A stretch of 62,328 nucleotides of DNA, counting the filler, from Chrysochromulina tobinii (Eukaryota): the NCBI GenBank assembly GCA_001275005.1. It is 5 parts of 5 records of this genome, joined end to end, with 100 filler letters (N's around TTAATTAATTAA, not from the genome) between each part and the next. Parts side by side here need not be neighbours in the genome. Positions count along the whole stretch, not along the records: positions 24,793 to 37,278 come from JWZX01001128.1; positions 37,379 to 54,309 come from JWZX01001129.1; 3 more parts are not named here. The stretch is one strand, 5' to 3'. Under the pieces are notes generated by a model that saw only the letters and a program-made list of their open reading frames with translations, searched no databases and was not told where the DNA came from. Of this stretch, positions 35,562 to 46,865 are shown in pieces; within the stretch, counting starts at the first letter, position 1, and the number at the start of each line of letters is the position of its first letter. The translations under genes and the position numbers were made by a program.

Positions 35562-36665
35562 ATGCACCTCACAGGCATGGCCTTGGACATTGTGCAAGAG
35601 TCGCCGTGGCAAAACGCGTGGCGTCCGCCAGATTGTCAATGTTTTGCTCTTTGCGAAACCGGCGAGTTGATGAAGCTCTTTTCGCATCTGCCGCTCCTGG
35701 TGTACAATGACTCCTCTCCTTGGTTTGGCTACCTGACCCGCGTGTATCGAACAGCGGTGCCACTTCCTTTCAACTTGCGCAACCTCACCATGTTTTACCC
35801 TGGACTGCTCCCGACGAATACACACCGGTGCGAGACTTATCCCTGGTCGAAACACGGCAACGCATCTCAACTGCCTCAATGTGCAGATCAGAACTGTAGC
35901 AGCTGGCTACGTCAAACGAGTGAGGCGAACGCCGATATGCGGTACCGGCCGGGATGGGCAGCTGGGTCCGCCCACATCTGGACGCCCATCCCCAACTTCT
36001 TCGATGAAACGAAACACGGGACGTCCGCAGATGAGATGGTCCGTTCCGGTGCAGAACGCTCGCGACTGAGACTCAGCGGACGCAACCTCTTCGCTGGCTT
36101 GCAATCAGTGCGCAACCGAACCTTCTATGCAAATGACTCGTGGGTGGAAGTGATGAGGGTCGAGTCAACTGTCACACCCGAAGGCAATTTCCATGGGTAC
36201 CCTTATGGCTGCTGGTTCTGGCCTATGCCAGGATCTGGCATCTTCATCAACATCGGTAAGTCGTTGCGGGCCCAAGGCACTGGGCACGCCGTTGATGTAC
36301 TCGGGATCCCGCGGCACGATTTGTATTTTGCGAACGCGACGCGCGCGGCTGGTTTTGACTCCCTCCAAGTGCTTATGGGCCAAACAAACTTGGGCGGGCA
36401 TAAGTCGCGCTTCCACGTGCAAACTGGACATACGTTTGAGATCATCATCGCCAACGGCGCTTGCATGACCGAGACTATCTATGGTGCATGCGCTCCCATG
36501 GAACTCAGAACTGGCTGGGATGCGTCGTTACCATGCAACTGCCAGCAACGATTCGCCAATCTTGAACTGCCGAGGATCCGACTCGCGTGCTACAAGTTAT
36601 CAAACGAGGTTATTGCTCAACACGGATCTAATTGTCACACCACATGCTCAACACGGACTTGCTAA
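35562..36665 (+). CDS. Cys/Trp-rich hypothetical protein (possibly secreted); start uncertain, 3' end overlaps the repeat array
   Basis: Globular-looking sequence WVEVMR..YGCWFWPMPGSGIFINIG..GFDSLQ..GACAPMELRTGWDASLPCNC, with several N-x-S/T sequons. Confidence 0.6.
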   Translation: MHLTGMALDIVQESPWQNAWRPPDCQCFALCETGELMKLFSHLPLLVYNDSSPWFGYLTRVYRTAVPLPFNLRNLTMFYPGLLPTNTHRCETYPWSKHGNASQLPQCADQNCSSWLRQTSEANADMRYRPGWAAGSAHIWTPIPNFFDETKHGTSADEMVRSGAERSRLRLSGRNLFAGLQSVRNRTFYANDSWVEVMRVESTVTPEGNFHGYPYGCWFWPMPGSGIFINIGKSLRAQGTGHAVDVLGIPRHDLYFANATRAAGFDSLQVLMGQTNLGGHKSRFHVQTGHTFEIIIANGACMTETIYGACAPMELRTGWDASLPCNCQQRFANLELPRIRLACYKLSNEVIAQHGSNCHTTCSTRTC

Positions 36666-37077
36666 GTCCGTGTTGAGCTAAGTCCGTGTTGAGCATATTC
36701 ACAGCTCACTAAGTCCGTGTTGAGCATATGGTTTTTTTTCTCAACACGGACTTAGCAAGTGTGACTATCAATTCACAGTTGCTAAGTCCGTGTAAAGTCC
36801 GTGTTGAGCATATGTTTTTCGGTGCTCAACACGGACTTGTTGGTGTGATTGACGATCAAGTCCGTGTTGAGCATATGTTTTTCGGTGCTCAACACGGACT
36901 TGATGGTGTGAAGTCCGTGTTGAGCATATGTTTTTCTGTTGCTCAACACGGACTTTGTAAGTGTGAATCACACCCAAAACGAAAAACATTTGCTCAACAC
37001 GGACTTGTCAAGTCCGTGTTGAGCATGTTCACAGTTTACACACCGGGTTCTTTTGTGAATGAGCTCAACACGGACTT
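36615..37077. repeat. Array of ~16 copies of the 15-mer GCTCAACACGGACTT in mixed orientation, forming repeated hairpins
   Basis: About eight forward and eight reverse copies (some partial); three ~44-bp hairpin units AAGTCCGTGTTGAGCA-TATGTTTTTC..-TGCTCAACACGGACTT start at ~36795, 36858 and 36911. Confidence 0.95.
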
Positions 37078-37136
37078 ATCGGAGCGTGAATTCACAGTTG
37101 CAAATCCCGCAATCCCGTGGTTCCATCCCTGTCAGT

Positions 37137-37278
37137 CTGAGCGACGAGCGTGGAGAGGGAGCGCGGCGCAGGTCTGGCTGGCACATTTTGGTGATACGCG
37201 CAACGAGGTGGCCGCCAAGGTGGTGTCGAAAAAGGGGCTCGATAAGGACCAGATCGGATGGATCCGCGAGGAAATCGC
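37137..37278 (+). pseudogene. Protein kinase subdomain I-III fragment with frameshift, cut by the gap
   Basis: LSDERGEGA in one frame, then AQVWLAHFGDTRNEVAAKVVSKKGLDKDQIGWIREEI in another (G-loop, VAxK, helix-C Glu). Confidence 0.55.
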
Positions 37279-37378
37279 NNNNNNNNNNNNNNNNNNNNNN
37301 NNNNNNNNNNNNNNNNNNNNNNTTAATTAATTAANNNNNNNNNNNNNNNNNNNNNNNNNNNNNNNNNNNNNNNNNNNN
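37279..37378. other. Assembly linker
   Basis: Same 100-bp N/TTAATTAATTAA/N block. Confidence 0.98.
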
Positions 37379-40300
37379 CGGCCTCGTCCTGCGCCGACTG
37401 GCGCTGCGCCGCGCGCTCGGCCGCCGCCTCGGCCGCCGCCTCGGCCGCCGCCGCGCGCTCGGCCGCCGCTTCGGCCGCCGCCTCGGCCGCTACCGCCGCC
37501 TCGCAAACGCGACGCCCCTGCGCGAGGATGCGCTGAGCGGCAGCGGCGTTCGGTGAGGCCGCGGCGTCAAAGTCCAAATTAGGCAACGCGGCTTCAAAGT
37601 CCAAATTAGGCAACGCGTCGGCGGAGCGCTCCGGGGCGGGGATGGCAGAGATCAACTCGGCGCGCGCCCTTGCCGCCTCCGCCCGCGCCGCCGCCGCCTC
37701 CGCCCGCGCTGCCTTCGTCTCCGCTCGGGCTGCCTCTAATTCCGCTAATTCCACACCATCAACGGCCTTTGCCCGGCTCGCTTCTTCCCGCGCAGCCTGC
37801 AATTCAGCGTGCGCGGACTGCCATTGCAAGACCAATTCCGAGTGCGCGGATTGCAATCCCGAGTGCGCAGATTGCAATTCCGAGTAGGCAGACTTCTCCC
37901 GTTGCTCGGCGTCGACGGTGGCCCTTTCGAGCTCGGACCTCGCCACCTGCCTAATTTGGGTCACCGTCTCGAGATCGGACCTCGCCGCCTTCAGATCCGC
38001 CCTGGCGTCCTCCAACGCACCCCTGGCCACCTCAGCTTCCGCCCTGGCCGCCCTCGCCTCTGCCTGTGCCGCATGCATGGCAGCCCGGGACTCATCCACT
38101 GCTGCCTGGGCCACGCCCCTGGCCTGCGCCACCGCCGCCTCCGCCTCCGCCCTCGCCGCCTCCGCCTCCGCCCGCATCGCCTCCGCCTCCGCCCTCGCCG
38201 CCTCCGCCTCAGCTCGCGCTGTCTCAAGTATCTCAATCGCCGCTTGCCTATTTAGGAGCGCCGTCTCGAGCGCCGCCCTTCGTTCCTCGAGGGCGCGCAG
38301 CTGCACCTGATGAGGGAGACAATCAGAGGTCATCCGCCTTCCTCGAGGGCGCGCAGCTGCATCAGCTCATCGCTCGCAAAGGAGCCATCAGCGCCAATCA
38401 GCGCCAATCAGCGCCAATCAGCGCCAATCAGCGCCAATCAGCGCCAATCAGTGCCAATCAGCGCCAATCAGCGCCAATCAGTGCCAATCAGCGGCCCTCA
38501 TCAGCCCTCATCAGCCCTCATCAGCCCTCATCAGCCCTCATCAGCGCACCTCCTCCTCGCTCTGCCGCCGTTCCAAACAGGCTCGCTCCGCCGTGGCCGC
38601 CTCCAACGCCCTCTGCGTGCTCTCCAAACCAATGCGAAGCTCCGCGGACTGCTGCCGCTGCTCCGTTAATTGCTCCGTTAATTGCTCCGTCAATTGCCGC
38701 TGCTCCGTTAATTGCTCCGCGGATTGCTTGCGCTCCCGTCCCAACTCGGACCGGGCCTCGTCTAATTGTGAATGCAATTGGCCTAGTTGCGACTGGGCCA
38801 CGCCTAATTGCGAGTGCAATTGGTCGAGCTCCGCGTGCAGCTCAACACAACGCGCATCGGACAGCTTGAGACCGGTAAGGAGGTTCCGACACTCGACCTC
38901 CAACAATGCCATCGCCTCCTTTTGGGTTGCTTCTGATGAGGACAGCAATTGGAGGCCATCAGAGGCACTCAGAGGCCATCAGAGGCCATCAGAGGCCATC
39001 GGAGGCAATCAGAGGCACTCGGAGGCACTCGGAGGCCATCAGAGGCACTCGGAGGCGCTCGGAGGCCATCAGAGGCTATTGGCGGCCATCATGGGCAATC
39101 AGAGGCCATCAGCAGTTACCCGTCACGGCCGCCGCCATGCGCAGCTCGTTCTTTTCGGCCTCCGCCTCTTCCAAAGCCGCCTCCGCCGCCGCCACCGCCG
39201 CCTCCGCCTCCGCCCTCGCCGCCGCCACCGCCGCCTCCGCCTCCGCCATCGCCGCCTCTGCTGCATCTCGAGCTGCGAGCATGGCGCGTTCCGCCCCCGC
39301 CTGCGCCGCCGCCACCGCCTCATCCGCCTCTGCCTGCGCCTCCTCCACCATCGCCTCCGCCTCCGCCCTCGCCGCCTCGGTCGCCTCTCGCACTGAGGCG
39401 ACGACCGACTCGGCCTCCGCCCGCGCCGCGCCGACCTGCGCGTCCGTCTCCGCCATCATGGTCTCGATGGCGGCCTCCGCCTCCGCCTGAACCCTCGCCA
39501 CCGCCGCGTGCAGCGCCTCGTGCAGCTCAACACAGCGCGCTTCGGCGGCCTGGAGGCTCGAGTACCTGCCCAAGCAATCATTGGCGCAATCAGCGACGCA
39601 ATCAAGGACGCAATCAGGCGGCCTGGAGGCTCGAGTACCTGCCCAAGCAATCATTGGCGCAATCAGCGGCGCTCCGCCGCGGCAATCCGCTCAGCACAGC
39701 GCGCGTCAGAAGCCAATCTGAGGGTTCGATTCACACGCGCCGTGTCGAGCACTCACAGCTTTTGACACTCGAGCTCCGACGATGCCATCAGACGCAATCA
39801 GATGCAATCAGACGCAATCAGCGCCGTGTCGAGCACTCACAGTTTTCGACACTCGAGCTCCGACGATGCCATCGCATCTTGCTGCGAGGTTCGAATCTCG
39901 ATCGCCTCTCTCCGGACAGATTCCATCTCCGCCTGCGCAGATTCGATCTCCGCCTGCGCAGATTCCCTCTCTGCCCTCGCCTCCTCCACCGCCGCCTCCG
40001 CCGCCGCCCTCGCCGCCACCGCCGCCTCCGCCTCCGCCCTCGCCGCCGCCACCGCCGCCTCCGCCTCCGCCCTCGCCGCCGCCACCGCCGCCTCCGCCTC
40101 CGCCCTCGCCGCCTCCACCGCCGCCTCCGCCTCCGCCACCGCCGTCTCGTGTTCACAGAGAGCCAATCGCATGGCGGTCACGGCCGCCTGCGCCGCCCGC
40201 GACAGCGCCTGCGCCTGCGCTGCCTCCTGCTGCGCGTACGCTGCCTCCTGCTGCGCGTGCGTCGCCTCCTGCTGCGCCTGCTGCACCTGCATCTCTGCCG

Positions 40301-43300
40301 CCGCGAGCGCCGCCTCTGCCTCTTCGCGCGCCGTGCTGAGCGCCGCCTCCGCCTCGCGCCGCGTCGTCTCGAGCTCTGCCCTGTACCTGATGAGCGAGGC
40401 CATCCGAGTTGGAATCAGAGTGGCAATCAGAATCGCAATCAGAGTCGCAATCAGAGACGCAATCAGAGTCGCAATCAGCCGCAATCAGCCGCAATCAGCT
40501 CATTACTTGAGGGAGAGAGTCTCTCGCAGCTCGCGCTCGGCCATGAGCGACGCCGTACCCGACTCTCCGACGGCAAGCTCGAGGGCCGCCTGCGCCGCGG
40601 CCTCGCGCTCCGCGATCTCGTGCGCGAGGTGCGATCTCCACTCGAGCTCCGACTGCTGCCGCTGCTCCGTCAATTGCTCCGTTAATTGCTCCGTTAATTG
40701 CTGCCGCTGCTCCGTCAATTGGTGCTCGAGCCGCGAGATCGTCATCTGGAGCTCGAGCCGCGAGCTCGTCATCTCGTCGAGATCTCGCGCCGCGCGCTGC
40801 TCGCGCTCGCTCGCCCCATGACGCTCGCGCTCGAGCGCCGTCCTGAGCGCCACCGCCTCGGCGCGCGCCGTCCCGAGCGCCGCCGCGGCCTCGGTACGCG
40901 CCGTCTCGAGCGCCGCCTCGGCCTCGCGCGCCGCCGCCTCGGCGCGCGCCGTACCGAGCGCCGCCGCGGCCTCGGCTTCGTCACACTCGCGCCGCCAGCT
41001 CATCGCGAGCTCGCGCGAGTGACGAACCTTGTGTTCACACTGCGCCTCGAGGCCCCCGATCTCGGCCGCGAGCAGCGAGCTCGCGATCTGCGCCGCGGAG
41101 CTCACGGCGCCCAACTCGGCGCGCGCATCCTCGAGCTCCGCCTGCCTATGTTGGAGCGCCGTCTCGAGCGCCGCCTCCTCGAGCGCCGCCTCGGCCGCGG
41201 CGGCGGCGAGCTGCTCGGTCATCGAGCGCCGCGCCTCCTCCGCCTGCCGCAAGCGACGTCCATCAGTGGCAATCAGTGGCAATCAGTGGCAATCATCATC
41301 GAGCGCCGCGCCTCCTCCGCCTGCCGCAATCAGTGACAATCAGTGGCAATCAGTGGCAATCATCAGTGGTCATCAGGGACGCCATCTGGGGTCATCAGTG
41401 GCGCCATCAGAGGTCATCAGTGGCTCATGTCACAAGGCACGACTGCACGCTTCACATTCACACCCGCTTCACATTCACGCTTCACGTTCACACCTGCTTC
41501 AGCTGGCGCGCGCTCTGTCGCTCGGCCGCCTGCATCGCCTCCGAATGCTCGATCAACGCCTGCGCGACTGCTTCGCGCGCTTGAGCTCGCACGAGCTCCA
41601 CCTGTGGAAACGTGCAAGGGCGCCGTGGTGAGCACATGCACGCCGCTTAAACCAACGGGGCGCCGTGGCGAGCACTTGCAGCGCGCCGCTCCTCGGGCCT
41701 CGGAGGGAGGGGAGGGGAGGGGAGGGGCAAAAAGGGGGGCGTGCGCGGGAGCGCCGTCGCGAGCGCCACCTCGTCCGCGGCTCGTGACGAAACCCGCGCC
41801 GTCGCGAGCGCCGCCTCGTCCGCAGCCTGCCGTTGCGCCTGCGCGACGGCCTGGCGCGCGTGCTCGTGGGCGCTCGCGACGGCGCTCGCGAGCCTCGCCG
41901 CGTCGCGCGCCTGCGCCGCCCTCGCGCCCACGTGTGACGAAACCAGCGCCGTCTCGAGCGCGCACGCCTCGCGCGAGAGCGCGCGCAGATCGGATCTCAG
42001 CCTCGCGAGATCGTCCACGCGCTTCGACACCTCGGCCGCCGCCTCCGCCGCGGCGCCCTGGGCAGCCTGCGCTCGCGACAGCGCTGCGTTGGCAGAGGCG
42101 GTCGCGGCGGCGGCATCGGCGCTCGCTGTGGCCGCTGCAGCTCTGGCCGCCGTCGCCTCTGCCGTCGCGGCGACCCTTGCCGCCGCCTCTGCCGTCGCCT
42201 CCGCCTTCGCCTTTGCCGCCGCCTCCACCGCCGCCGCCGCCGCCTCTTCCGCCGCCGCCGCCGCCTGCCTCGCCGCCGCCGCCTCGGCAATCGACCGAGA
42301 CGCGAGTGCCTCGGCCGCCTCGCGCCGCGCCGTCTCGAGCGCGCGCTGCTCGAGCGCCGTCTCGAGCTCCGCCGCGTCCGACAGGCGCTCGGCACGGCGC
42401 GCGCTCGCCTCGGCCGCGTGCCGTTCGCGCTGAGAGGCGATCTCCGCGCGCTGAGATGCAATCTCGCGCTCGAGGCTCGCGATCCGCCTCTCGCCCGCCA
42501 CGACGCTCGCGCTCAACGCGACGCGCTCAGCTTCGGCACGACCGACGACGCCGGCGGTGCTCGCCGCGGCGGCCGCCTGCACGCGCGCCGGGGTGAGCAC
42601 CAAGCCGTCAGTTGACACTCGGATGGTCATCCGTGGTTATCAGTGGTCATCAGAGGTCATCAGTGGTCATCAGAGGTCATCAGTTGACACTCGGATGGTC
42701 ATCAGGTGGGGCCATCAGATGGTCCTCACAGGTAGGGCAATCAGATGCTCGTCATGTCGCAATCACCTGCATGGCCTTCGTGTGCTCCTCGAGCGCCGTG
42801 TTGAGCGACTCCGCCTCGCTGAGTTGCTGCGAGAGCGAGCGCACGTGCGCCATCTCGGCGCCCAGCCGCTCCTCGAGCGCCGTGTTGAGCGACTCGGCGT
42901 GCGCCATCTCGGCGCCCAGCCGCTCCTCGAGCGCCGTGTTGAGCGACTCGGCGTGCGCCATCTCGGCGCGCAGCCGCTCCTCGACTGAGCGCACGTGCCC
43001 CTCCAAGATCTCGCGCTGAGATTGCAGCTCGCGCTCGAGATTCTCGCGCTGAGATTGCAGCTCGCGCTCGAGATTCTCGAGCTCGGCAGCATGCCTCTCC
43101 TCGGCAGCTCCGAGAAGCTTCTGCTGCTCCGAGATTGCAGCTCGGAGAAGCTTTTGCTGCTCCGCCTCGGCGGCCGCCACGTCCGCCTGCCGCGTCGGGT
43201 GGCAGTCGGAAGTCATCAGTAGTCATTACGGGTAATCATGAGTCATCATGAGTCATCAGGGGTCATCAGGAGTCATCAGAGGTCATCAAGAGTCATCAGA

Positions 43301-46300
43301 GCTCATCAGTCGTCATCACCTGGCGGAGGATCTCGGCCTCTCGGGAGTCATCAGAGGTCATCAAGAGTCATCAGAGGTCATCAGTCGTCATCACCTGGCG
43401 GAGGATCTCGGCCTCTCGGGAGTCATCAGAGGTCATCAAGAGTCATCAGAGCTCATCAGTCGTCATCACCTGGCGGAGGATCTCGGCCTCTCGAAGCAGT
43501 TGGGAACGCTGCATCTCAGCCGCCGCGCGCTCATCGCTCAGCCGTTGGTGATCAGCACGGCGCTCGTCGCCCAGCTGCTGCAGCCGCTCCTCGAGGGCCA
43601 TCACCTGTGTCATCAGGCGTCATCAGGCGTCATCAGGCATCATCAGGCGTCATCAGCCGCTCCTCGAGGGCCATCACCTGTGTCATCAGGCGTCATCAGG
43701 CGAGCACTCAGGCGAGCACTCAGGCGGGCACTCAGACGCGCCCAATCAGAGGGTATGATCATTGAGAGCACTCAGGGTTTGTCAATTGGGCGCCCACTCA
43801 CCATCGACTGCTCAGTCTCGAGCTGCTCGAGCAGCGCATCTCCCCGCGCGCGCGCCGTGCTGAGCGCCTCGGCCGCGCTGGCCGCCGCCTCGTCCGCCGC
43901 GCGCTGCACGTGGGCGAGCCGCTCGGCTGCCTGGGCGGCCGCTGCCTCGTGTGCCTCCCTCTCTGCGCGCACCTGCAATGAGAGACGCAATCAGGCGCAA
44001 TCAGGCGCAATCAAGCGCAATCAGAGACGCAATCAGACGTCCTCAGTGTCCAATCCCTCAGAGTTGGTTATTGGAGACCATCGGAGCGATCAGGGCTCAT
44101 CATCATCGTTCATCATCCTCATCAGGGTTCATCATCCTCATCAGTGCTCATCCTCCTCATCAGTGCTCATCATCCTCATCAGGGCTCATCAGCCTCATCA
44201 GGGCTCATCATCCTCATCACGTACCAGGCGTTAAGCTGCCTCCTCGCTCGCAATCAGAGACGCAATCAGAGACGCAATCAGAGACGCAATCAGAGACGCA
44301 ATCACGTACCAGGCGTGAAGCTGCCTCCTCGCTCGCTTCCAATTGGCGCTCAGCCGCGTGCCTCTCCACCTGTGGGGAAGTGGATGGGCGCCGTGGTGAG
44401 CACTGGGGCGCTCAGCCGCGTGCCTCTCCGCAATCAAACGCAATCAGAGGGGCGATCAGACGCAATCAGATGCAATCAAAGGGGTTCGTCACCTGCAGTC
44501 GATGCTCGGCAGACACCTGATGGCCATGCAGCTCGACCTCCGCCGCGCGCAGCCGGCGCTGCAACGCCGCATTCTCCTCGCGCGCATCGTGCAGTTGCTC
44601 CGTGACGATCTGGGCGCGATCTCGATCCGCCGCGCCTTGCCCACGCAGCCTGGCAATCTCCTCCTCCGCCGACGCGCGCGCATCGTCACGTTCATGCCGC
44701 TGCCATCCGAGGAGTCATCAGACGTCATCAGAGGTCATCAGAGGTCATCAGTGGTAATCAGAGGTCATCAGAGGTCATCAGAGGTCATAAGTGGTCATCA
44801 GTGACGCCATCAGCGAGGCAATCAGACGCCATCTGCGAGGTTCGTCACCTGCTGCCCGAGGAGCTTGCTCAGACGCAATCACACGCCAATCAGAAGCAAT
44901 CAGACGCCATCAGTGGGGTTCGTCACCTGCTGCCCGAGGAGCTTGCTCAGACGCAATCACACACCAATCAGGCGCAATCAGACGCAATCAGCGAGGTTCG
45001 TCACCTGCTGCCCGAGGAGCTTGCTAAGACGCGCCTCGGCACGCGCCTCAGTCTCCGCCGCCGCCGCCTGTGTCAGGCTGAGCTTCTCCTGCAATTGACG
45101 AACCTGCTCGAGGAGTGCCTTCTGATGAGGGACGCAATCAGAGGCGCCATCAGAGGCGCCATCAGAGGCCATCGGCGGCCATTGACGAACCTGCGCCTGG
45201 CAGTGCTCGAGCTCGAGCTTGAGATCACAATCAGAGGCAATCAGAGGCCATTGACGAACCTGCGCCTGGCAGTGCTCGAGCTCGAGCTTGAGATCACAAT
45301 CAGAGGCAATCAGAGGCCATTGACGAACCTGCGCCTGGCAGTGCTCGAGCTCGAGCTTGAGATCACAATCAGAGGCAATCAGAGGCCATTGACGAACCTG
45401 CGCCTGGCTGTGCTCGAGCTCGAGCTTGAGATCGCGCAGCTCGCTCTGCGCCTGGGCGCTCTGCGCTTGCATCTCGTGCTGATGAGATTGCATCTCGCGC
45501 TGATGAGATTGGACCTCGAGCAGCCGCGCCTGCGCCATCGGGGCAGATGCACTCTCAGATGCACTCTCAGATGCACTCTCAGATGTAATCAGATGCACTC
45601 AGATGCACTCTCAGATGCAATCAGATGCACTCTCAGCCGCAATCAGCCGCAATCAGCTGCACTCAGATGCACTCAGGCGCGCTCAGGCGCACTCAGGCGC
45701 ACTCAGCCGCAACCGCACCTGCGCCTCGGCCGCCTGCTTCTGCACCGCGCTCAACTCGGCGCGTCGCTGCTGCGCCTCCACCTGCGCGTCCGCACGCGCC
45801 GAGTTGAGCGCGGCCGTCGCGCTCAGCGCCTGCCGGCGCGCCGCCTCGAGCGCGGCCTCGAGCTCGCGCCGCGCCGTGTTGAGCGCCTCCTCGTGCTCGC
45901 GTTTCGCGCCTTCGAGCTGACGCGCCGTGTTGAGCATCGCCTCCCTCGACGCCTCCGCCGCCTCCGCCGCGGCCGCCTCGAGCGTGCGTGTCGCACGACG
46001 GTGCTCGGCGTCGCGCTGGGTGAGGGCGAGGGAGGCGGCCGAGGCGGCCTGGTGCGCGGCCGTCGCGCGCGCCTCGGACGCCTCCAGCTCCGCCCGAAAC
46101 GCCGTCTCGAGCGCTCGCCTTTCCGAGGCGACAGCTGCCTCGGCGGAAGTCAGCCGCGCGCGCAGCCGCACGAGCTCCTCGCGCTGTGCGAGATCGAGCT
46201 CGTCCGCGGCGCGCAGCTGCGCCTCGTAGTGGTACTCGGCTTGCTGGCCGCTCGCCTGCCCGATCGCGGCCAGCTCCTCGAGATCCGCAATCTCCGGGTT

Positions 46301-46618
46301 GAGCACGCCGAGACGCTCAAGCGTGCCGCGCTCCGCGTACTCGGCGAGCGCGCTGAGCTGCAAGCGCAGCCGCTCCGCCTCGGCAGCGGCGTTCTCGGCG
46401 CGCCGCCGGTAAATGTTGGCGTGCGCGACCGCCGCGCTCACGTCGTCGTCGGCGTGGATGAGCTCCAGGGTCAGCAGCGACTGGCGCGCGCGTGAGCGGC
46501 ACTGCGCCGCCTCGGCCGCCTCGGCAAGCTGCATCGAGAGCGACTGCTCATCCTCGAGCCGCGCCGCGAGGTGCTGCTCCGCGTACGTTGTGTAGCTGGT
46601 CGGCGTCTGCATGTACAT
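37379..46618 (-). CDS. Very long Ala/Glu/Arg-rich coiled-coil protein with >12 introns, 3' end in the gap
   Basis: Successive minus-strand coiled-coil exons (AEAEAAVAAAR, EQLTEQ repeats) separated by GT-AG introns, e.g. 39119-38933 and 38549-38307. Confidence 0.8.
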
Positions 46619-46865
46619 GACCGCCTCAGCCGTACGGCCGACTCAGCCGACGACCGCCGGGGGGAAGTGGCCGGAGATGATCGATTGAAGGAGAGCACTG
46701 TTTGCGGAATGTGTGTGTGAATGTGAATGTGTCGTGTGAACGTTAACACGACAGACGCGACAACCGGTGCTACGGCACTGTTGTGTCTGTGTGACTTCTA
46801 TAACACGGGATTGCTCAGCGCAACGCGAGACTTAACAACTCCTCAGAGACATCTTCCCGGCCTGC

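Noticed and set aside
36615..37077. CRISPR array
   Set aside because: Repeats occur in both orientations, spacers are short, unequal and related to each other, there are no cas genes, and the context is eukaryotic.
38066..46495. Long plus-strand Pro/Arg/Ser-Ala ORFs (e.g. 38949-40685, 44801-46495)
   Set aside because: They are antisense shadows of GC-rich coiled-coil exons and repetitive introns.
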